Assembly (NCBI GenBank): GCA_044225175.1
Contig: JBGAJA010000002.1
Coordinates: 280,991 to 344,990, forward strand
Reading direction: 5' to 3'
Length of the DNA: 64,000 bases
Origin: Candidatus Omnitrophota bacterium
GTDB taxonomy: Bacteria > Omnitrophota > Gorgyraeia > Zapsychrales > Fredricksoniimonadaceae
The notes beneath the pieces are model-generated. The model saw only the letters and a program-made list of their open reading frames with translations, ran no database searches and was not told where the DNA came from. Shown here piece by piece: positions 58,501 through 64,000 of the stretch. The stretch's first letter is position 1; each line of letters opens with the position of its first letter. Position numbers and translations under genes: made by a program.

Positions 58501-60237
58501 ACAGATGATGGACACAGTTCAGAAAAAATAAGAACTGCGCAAAGACCTATCGAAGAAAAAATATCTGACAAAGCGCAAATACCACCAGACTACGCCGCCC
58601 AAGGTATAAATAACCGAAGAATTTTAACAAATTTCTTTAGACAATTTCCCCAAGGAGCAAAGGGTTTGGATGAGGAAGTGGCATCCAGATTTGATCACCT
58701 TCCTCCAGAAGCCCTCCAGGCAGGATTGGAAGTACTAAAAGAACTTCTGGGAGAGGAAGGGCTTAGCGAACTTTTCTCAACAAAACAAGGTTTTTATACT
58801 GGCGGAATTTCGTTTATGTATCTATTTATAAAAGAACCGACAGAACTTAAAGAGTCATTGCTCACGGTGAAAGCAGGATTGAAACAATATAGATACAAAG
58901 GAATAAATCTAGTCAGTGAGCTTATCAACATCTTGAACCTATCTAGTAAATCGAGACTAAACGAAAAGATTCAGAAGCTCGAGATGATCTGGCCTGGCGT
59001 TGCTAACGAAAGTGTGGTTAAAGATCCATTAATATTTTTTAATGAATTAAAAGATATAAACTTGGATGATTTAGATAAGGTTGAAGCGCTCGAATTGAAG
59101 TATCCAGGAATCAAAGCAATTATGAGAAAGTTTATAAAGGACCATACAGATTTCTTTCCTGAAGCTCTCAATAGATTGGTTAATGATGTTTTAAAAGACC
59201 ATGATTCGCAGTTGACAGAAGCGTTCTTAAGCCTGGACGTTGATAAAATCAAAATGATTGTAAAGGCCAAGATGCCTGAAGCCCATCAGAGAGTCATGGA
59301 TTTTGAAAGAAAATATTCCAAATGGAAAGATATGGAAGATTCAAGCCTCAAACATTCTTTGATGGTACAAGCCATTATGGATGCATTTGTCGTCACGCTG
59401 CATAATTTCTTTGAAGCAGATATTCCAGCCATGCCTGCTGAGATCATGGCAGAGACATATCTCTTAATTTTGGGATATTCAAAATTGGGAAATTTGACTA
59501 CTTCAAAGTTTGAAATTAATCCGAATGACTTGGGCGGAGGTTTCCAATGGAAAAGTACCATGACACATGAGATATGGCACCATTTCATTAGTCCTTATTT
59601 AAAGGCAGGAGGTAGAGCTTCCTTTAAAGAAGCAGCCATGAGTGAATTAGGTGCAGATTTAAGCTGGTTGGCTTTATACCAAATCATGAATGAGCAGGCG
59701 CCAATTGTGGAAGCAATCAAGTCTTTCTTGAAATATGACGAGTCATTGAAGTTCATTGAAGAACGTTGGCCATTTTTGAATTATCATGGCGTAGGACGGG
59801 GAGCTCTGACTGCGCTTATCAAAGCCATTGAGAAACAAAAAGGTAAAGTTGATTATGTGGCATTATTGAAATCATACATGAATTACATTCAAGCCAATGG
59901 TCACAATTCCCGCGTAGGAGTGTTCATTCAACATGCATCAATACAATTAGGTCTTCACGAAGACCCCTATTTAAGAAGAATTGCTAAGCAAGCCGATCAG
60001 ATGGACCGTGCTATGAAGGCTGAAACTGTGGGTGGTATTGATTTGACCGTGGGCAATTTGAACTTGCAAACACAAAGCTCTAATGGTGAAATATCATTCA
60101 AAATTGATCCAGCTATGTTAGAACAATTGCAAAATGCTTCTGGTTTTTCACCTGTGATCATTCAAATGCAGCCGCTGACTGATGTAAAGGGATTTTTAGG
60201 AATGAAAGACAGAGAAAAGGAAACGATCAGCGTATGA
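55564..60237 (+). CDS. Very large secreted protein P1 (1557 aa) of unknown function, with a signal peptide, a conserved N-terminal domain shared with P2, and an HEIWH motif near the C-terminus
   Basis: The signal-peptide-like N-terminus is MRTPISILTLMCFFFTSICGPMPVNA. The N-terminal roughly 330 aa are homologous to the next gene. TMTHEIWHH is an HExxH motif. Two palindromic elements are embedded in the gene. Confidence 0.75.
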   Translation: MRTPISILTLMCFFFTSICGPMPVNAQEIHLTKPGVMVHLSTPVTPPLLKGIKVHPDNPFRFDFILDTGSRSVDDAHKLKEESNRLIKYFLASLTIPEADLWVNLSPYEKNRIVPESFGQTEMGRDLLAQDYMLKQITASLMYPEDEIGKRFWRRIYEESAKRYGTTNIPVNTFNKVWIVPEKAVVYENAKAGTAYVVESRLKVMLEEDYVASKKVSDTFLKGQSDKKVSDTILHSQIIREVVIPELTKEINEGSNFVQLRQVYSSLILATWYKKKIKDSLLAQVYADKNKVMGLGYMGGGSEQIYQRYLQAFKKGVYNYIKEEPDPITQQSVPRKYFSGGMAFDHAMNVTIKYTGEIAGPINSAMQVTVDMSIANHVELEHSTDQAMSAVLHQSDLPRLYWGNIVQRLIFSLVDRFRTGENIQREDLVTSAQALTQQFTPEATASEKQLFEDVMKGADLKGLGKTRLNVATIMAAFIAQQAIGADTDSQEFTNVYLPRDMGLGYTIEKTLASLKDETREPGIYYLSRDSLEEGVYSRVSNIIENVKAKQKLINALAETPKERRRIFIQYVGREIMEDDLCRPAAKRILKELKELGIIKNNAKLRFVDTGYKTFPIMLQAIIAAASELDAFHIQTEGLVINSSIEAYLDQIDPKKWDAPSQRLASFNPFSKLARPGILGFMEDDNALPHPFRFSKTHKGMVATDAKTQREAYATQIMFGFGAIEYQRLIDELAKNLLAQGVSKLDSKEISQELIAQLVGLTKADQSDDYVRELDIKTDLYFTEFKTVFAGRMNSMQNNIHDVYGYKDFKIKEMNPDILSTILKISEEKYKIDVSFHRSIKEFYPRKEHMNFLSANFKIKNELIFDTISQFKKAPHESKLKSLLFYFKKFGKLINTPRNLFKDSQEKEDTDPAMKSSKTIKNGIIGAIAAAITSSLSGCYTSEAGKNYQNTLERRKEVIPAKEGDHTPLSSAIWDSSIERTDDGHSSEKIRTAQRPIEEKISDKAQIPPDYAAQGINNRRILTNFFRQFPQGAKGLDEEVASRFDHLPPEALQAGLEVLKELLGEEGLSELFSTKQGFYTGGISFMYLFIKEPTELKESLLTVKAGLKQYRYKGINLVSELINILNLSSKSRLNEKIQKLEMIWPGVANESVVKDPLIFFNELKDINLDDLDKVEALELKYPGIKAIMRKFIKDHTDFFPEALNRLVNDVLKDHDSQLTEAFLSLDVDKIKMIVKAKMPEAHQRVMDFERKYSKWKDMEDSSLKHSLMVQAIMDAFVVTLHNFFEADIPAMPAEIMAETYLLILGYSKLGNLTTSKFEINPNDLGGGFQWKSTMTHEIWHHFISPYLKAGGRASFKEAAMSELGADLSWLALYQIMNEQAPIVEAIKSFLKYDESLKFIEERWPFLNYHGVGRGALTALIKAIEKQKGKVDYVALLKSYMNYIQANGHNSRVGVFIQHASIQLGLHEDPYLRRIAKQADQMDRAMKAETVGGIDLTVGNLNLQTQSSNGEISFKIDPAMLEQLQNASGFSPVIIQMQPLTDVKGFLGMKDREKETISV
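56203..56225. repeat. 23-bp palindromic element, copy 4: aaaaaggtgtcagacaccttttt
   Basis: It lies inside P1 and is read as K-K-V-S-D-T-F-L. Confidence 0.85.
56242..56264. repeat. 23-bp palindromic element, copy 5 (degenerate): aaaaaggtgtctgacaccatttt
   Basis: It lies 39 nt after copy 4, is read as K-K-V-S-D-T-I-L, and has the central T variant. Confidence 0.75.
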
Positions 60238-63200
60238 GGATTTTAAGAATACTGATCCTTATAGCATTCTTTGTTAATTGCCTGGGGCCTATGCCTGTGT
60301 CTGCCGACGTAGGGGCAGGGCTTGCCCCTGCCCAAAAAGGGCAATCGCAAGGATTGCCCCTACAGTTGCCTAAACCTGGTGTGATGGTCCATCTCAGCTC
60401 AGAATTTACCCCAGCGCATTTGAGCGGCCTTGTGATCCACCCAGAAGATCCCTTAAAGTTCGACTTTTTGATTCATCGTGGCGATGGTTCTGTGGATAAA
60501 AATGCAGAATACACCAAATTAATCAAATACTTCCTAGCTTCACTAACCGTCCCCGATGAAGACCAATGGGTAAATTTATCTCCCTATGAGAAGGATCGTA
60601 TCATTAATGAGAACTTTGGTAAAACAGAGATGGGCCGAGATCTGTTGGCCCAGGACTATCTATTAAAACAGATCACCGCTTCCATGATTTATCCGCAGGA
60701 TAAGCTAGGTGAGAAGTTCTGGAATAAGATATATCAAAGAGCCTGGGAAGAATACCACACTACAAATATTCCAGTGAATACGTTTAACAAAGTCTGGATT
60801 ATCCCCGATGAAGCAGCTGTGTATGAGTCAGGAAATACAGTCTATGTGTTAAAGAACCATTTGAAGGTGATGTTGGAAGAAGATTATTTATCGTTAAATA
60901 AACACAAAAAGGTGTCTGACACCTTTTTGACAAGCCAGATCATCCGAGAAATTATCCTGCCGGAACTAGAACGTGAAGTCAATGGGGGAGAGAATTTTGC
61001 TCCTTTACGTCAAATTTACAGCGCTATGATCTTGGCCACATGGTACAAGCGAAGCCTCAAAGAATCTTTATTAACTAAAGCCTATGCCGATAAATCCAAG
61101 ATCCAAGGCGTCAATCTGGAAGACCCAAAAGCCAATCAAGAAATCTATCAGCAGTACTTGAAGGCCTTCAAGAAAGGTGTGTTTAATTACATTAAAGAAG
61201 ATATAGACAAGTACTCCAAACAAGTGATTCCAAGGAAATACTTCTCAGGGGGTATGACTAAGGGTTATGCAGATGGAAGTATGATCAAAAGATATGATTC
61301 ACACCATGCCATGCCTGCTACATATTATCAAGATGCGGCACTATTATCTCGGCTTGATTTGGCCCAAGTGGCTTTGAATACCTCTTCTCCTGTGGGTCTC
61401 AAAAAAGACCAAGCTATGAAAGCAGCAAAAGAAGAAGAGAATTTTCTGGATAAAACAGAGGCTTTTTCGTGGGTCATTTTTAATCGCTTCACAACGGCTG
61501 GTTTCTTATTGATAGCCATGAGCCTTGGTGGATTTTTCGGCTCGCCAGCCCTCGTTTTATCTGCTGCCGGCCCTTTTTTGGGTTTAGGTATAAGTAGCGT
61601 GGTATTGATCTATAAAAAGGACTCTCAAGGTAAAAAAGACCCTTGGGGGGTTTATAAAAAAGGCAAACGTCTAAGACGTTTAAGTGTTTTTACAGGGATG
61701 GTCGGTTTATCTATCGGAGGATATTTAGCTTATAAGCCGGTCTTAGACCATGGCCAACAGTTCAATCAATTCATCAAAGTTTACAATGACCTTGCAACAG
61801 ATGAAAGAAATGGCCAGCCACATACAGGCGTTGCCCTAGATCAATTTAAAGTTTTGATCAAAAATGCCTATCAGGTCAAGATGGAACATTTTTATGACAA
61901 TTGGTGGGCAGAGACTATTCTTCGTATGGCTAGCGAGCATCCTTCCAAAAAAGTCCGTGATATTTTTGTCGAGCATATGGCCCAAACCAATTTGACGCTT
62001 TCGGGCAGACATGACCTTCAAAAAGCTTTCAGAGAAAATGTTGGTGTTAAAGAAGTCGAACGCTGGTTGATAGACCATAAAGACTATCCTATAGAGCGAT
62101 GGGAAATTTTTTCAGCTGTAGCCTATCTTTATACCGACATGATGGAAGAGCATCCTAAGCAAGCAGCTACTTTTCTTTGGGAGCTGGCTAAATACAGGGG
62201 AGACCCATTTACTCTTAAAACACTGATGAAACTTTTTCCCATCAATTATTTTGATGTCCTTCAAGAATGGTTAAATACTTTCAATGAAGAAGAGCGCTGG
62301 GACATCATATCTCTCATCATGCGTGAAGAAATGGAAAATGAAGAATTCATTGTCAAAGACACAGTATGGTCAACTCACGTGGGCAATTGGACATTTTATG
62401 AATTATTTGATGCTCTTTCACCACAAGAGAGACATCAACAATTAGACAGGCTACTGAGAGAAGGGGTTTATTTCACCCGGGACGATTTTAAACAAGGAAA
62501 CATCGACAGTTGGCAAGAGGTGACCCAAAGCTTGATTGACCATCAGTGGGCTAAAGCAGTGAATGCCGATGAGATCATAGTGACAGGCACAATGGGTCAT
62601 GAGCGAAAAGAAATGGCCGAAACTTTAGGAGAAAAGACCTATCGGAAATTGCAGAAGATTTGGAGAAAAGGATTTGGTCATTTTGGAGATGACAACTTTT
62701 ATGCCATGGTCCATAAACTAGCGATTTTTGTCTATCTTAAAGAAAAGCTTCCCCATTTGTGGGACCCGCGTGATCCCGAGGTTCTGGATTTCTGGCAAAA
62801 AGTCATGACCAATATTTCCTATGAATCGCCGCAACCGCAAGGGTCCCAAGTGCAAGATCCTCACAAGGTTGTCATCTATTTTGGCCAAGACATTCACCAA
62901 GCAATCGATGAGATAGCCACACGAATTCAGGCCAGGTACCCCGACATTACAAGCGCTAAACACGCAGCTACTGAAGGAGATGTAGATTTGGGACCTATTT
63001 CTAAGAATGATAATGCCATGTCAACGCAAGGTACAACCCAATCTCTTAGCTCCTTGAGAAGCTTAGAGGATTATTTAAAGTCCCAAGAATTTCAAGACCA
63101 CAAAGAGGTTACGAAAGCCATGGTAATTTTAAAGACATATCCCCAGACTCTCCTAGAGATTGGCGGGGGAAGCTTTGAGCGGGCAGACCAAATTGCACGG

Positions 63201-64000
63201 CATGACAGAAGAATGGGAGTGGTTTCTACAGATCAGTTTGAAGAAGATGGATACTATAGTTTTAATGAGCAGCGATGGAAAAATAGATTATTAAGGACCC
63301 AAAAAAATCCACCAGAAAATTTGGCCCTTTTAAAGGCAGATGTGAGAATGATTACAGGAAAACTGCCAAATCATTCCCTAGACTATATCCTCGTCGAAAA
63401 CCCAGATGATCCCGCATGGGTTTATATCAGAGAAAACGTTGAGATTGTTAAAAGGAAGTTGAAACCGGGCGGTGTATTAATTATGAAACCTCACTATGGT
63501 GATCACATCAAAGATTTGACTAGACTTGGATTTACACCCTGGAGAGAAGATTTAACTCCTGGAATCGATATGAACTATCGTGTTCCTGAATACGACAATA
63601 ATTTCCCCCCTATGATTTTAACAACTTCAATGACTAATAACGATAAGGCAATGGCAGTACAGAAGACAAGCCAAGCCCTTAGCACATGGAAAGGCTTAGA
63701 AGAGTATTTGGAAAGAGGCAATGTTCAAAAGGAAAACGAAGTAAGAAAAGCAATTGATCTTCTTAGTACAGGACGAAAGACCATATGGAAAATTGGTATC
63801 AAAGAACCTAGGTGGACCCAAGACATTGTGGCGAAAAGAAATCAAAATTTTAGAATGGTGGTGAGTGATGATTTCAGTCCTGAAAGAACATATAGCCAAG
63901 GAGAGTCCTATGAAAAGTGGCAGAAGGGCACTCTTACTATTCAGCAAGCTCAACCCAATGAATTAGCCATTGTTAACGCGAAAGTCCAAGAGATGCTCCC
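60234..64000 (+). CDS. Very large secreted protein P2, a paralog of P1 (3-prime partial, more than 1250 aa), with tandem methyltransferase-like modules in its C-terminal part
   Basis: The ATG overlaps the P1 stop (ATGA). The signal-peptide-like N-terminus is MRILRILILIAFFVNCLGPMPVSA. The N-terminal domain aligns with P1 (LPKPGVMVHLS...NIPVNTFNKVWIIP...). The frame stays open to the window end. LLEIGGGSFERADQIA, DYILVENPDDP and LKPGGVLIM resemble SAM-MTase motifs, and a second degenerate module follows. Confidence 0.7.
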   Translation, partial: MRILRILILIAFFVNCLGPMPVSADVGAGLAPAQKGQSQGLPLQLPKPGVMVHLSSEFTPAHLSGLVIHPEDPLKFDFLIHRGDGSVDKNAEYTKLIKYFLASLTVPDEDQWVNLSPYEKDRIINENFGKTEMGRDLLAQDYLLKQITASMIYPQDKLGEKFWNKIYQRAWEEYHTTNIPVNTFNKVWIIPDEAAVYESGNTVYVLKNHLKVMLEEDYLSLNKHKKVSDTFLTSQIIREIILPELEREVNGGENFAPLRQIYSAMILATWYKRSLKESLLTKAYADKSKIQGVNLEDPKANQEIYQQYLKAFKKGVFNYIKEDIDKYSKQVIPRKYFSGGMTKGYADGSMIKRYDSHHAMPATYYQDAALLSRLDLAQVALNTSSPVGLKKDQAMKAAKEEENFLDKTEAFSWVIFNRFTTAGFLLIAMSLGGFFGSPALVLSAAGPFLGLGISSVVLIYKKDSQGKKDPWGVYKKGKRLRRLSVFTGMVGLSIGGYLAYKPVLDHGQQFNQFIKVYNDLATDERNGQPHTGVALDQFKVLIKNAYQVKMEHFYDNWWAETILRMASEHPSKKVRDIFVEHMAQTNLTLSGRHDLQKAFRENVGVKEVERWLIDHKDYPIERWEIFSAVAYLYTDMMEEHPKQAATFLWELAKYRGDPFTLKTLMKLFPINYFDVLQEWLNTFNEEERWDIISLIMREEMENEEFIVKDTVWSTHVGNWTFYELFDALSPQERHQQLDRLLREGVYFTRDDFKQGNIDSWQEVTQSLIDHQWAKAVNADEIIVTGTMGHERKEMAETLGEKTYRKLQKIWRKGFGHFGDDNFYAMVHKLAIFVYLKEKLPHLWDPRDPEVLDFWQKVMTNISYESPQPQGSQVQDPHKVVIYFGQDIHQAIDEIATRIQARYPDITSAKHAATEGDVDLGPISKNDNAMSTQGTTQSLSSLRSLEDYLKSQEFQDHKEVTKAMVILKTYPQTLLEIGGGSFERADQIARHDRRMGVVSTDQFEEDGYYSFNEQRWKNRLLRTQKNPPENLALLKADVRMITGKLPNHSLDYILVENPDDPAWVYIRENVEIVKRKLKPGGVLIMKPHYGDHIKDLTRLGFTPWREDLTPGIDMNYRVPEYDNNFPPMILTTSMTNNDKAMAVQKTSQALSTWKGLEEYLERGNVQKENEVRKAIDLLSTGRKTIWKIGIKEPRWTQDIVAKRNQNFRMVVSDDFSPERTYSQGESYEKWQKGTLTIQQAQPNELAIVNAKVQEML
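60906..60928. repeat. 23-bp palindromic element, copy 6: aaaaaggtgtctgacaccttttt
   Basis: It lies inside P2 at the position homologous to copy 4 in P1 and is read as K-K-V-S-D-T-F-L. Confidence 0.85.

Noticed and set aside
50353-60928. Possibility that the repeated 23-mer is a CRISPR array or a set of rho-independent terminators
   Set aside because: The copies are irregularly spaced over 10 kb, lie inside intact reading frames and have no conserved spacers, so they are not CRISPR. As terminators they would truncate essential genes such as bioA, so at most they are weak or conditional structures.

Overview
AT-rich bacterial chromosomal segment; the lineage cannot be assigned from sequence alone. 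(1) nt 1-28430 is one uninterrupted + strand reading frame that is still open at the window start. It encodes a giant protein of more than 9,470 aa with many membrane spans and a mosaic of enzyme-like domains. These are two Pol-beta-type nucleotidyltransferase domains, a polyprenyl-phosphate phosphoglycosyl transferase (Bac_transf) domain, a GT9 heptosyltransferase-like domain, a class I SAM methyltransferase domain, a GHKL-like segment, a CPBP/CAAX-type intramembrane protease domain and an HExxH membrane segment. It also carries an array of seven roughly 100-aa repeats and five 'RAGP plus TM helix' modules. A small PilZ-like ORF follows it. (2) A housekeeping block follows: mutS-mutL on the minus strand, two secreted coiled-coil proteins, yifB/comM, a DUF212 protein, a LysM-L,D-transpeptidase, accA, rlmN, yqhA, tRNA-Leu(CAA) and tRNA-Ala(GGC) on the minus strand, and a cysteine desulfurase. 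The biotin cluster runs birA-bioF-bioH-bioC-bioD-bioA, with no bioB in the window, and is followed by mnmA, a MORN-repeat protein and pgi. (3) The bioC-bioD spacer holds a small GIY-YIG cassette flanked by imperfect inverted repeats, and its ORF has an in-frame TAG. (4) A fused ABC ATPase-permease gene is followed by two paralogous very large secreted proteins; the second runs off the window end. (5) Six copies of a 23-bp near-perfect palindrome (AAAAAGGTGTC[A/T]GACACCTTTTT) lie inside coding sequences: bioA, the ABC gene twice, P1 twice and P2 once. They are read in all three frames and are stop-free in all six frames. No rRNA, CRISPR array, transposase or integrase was seen.
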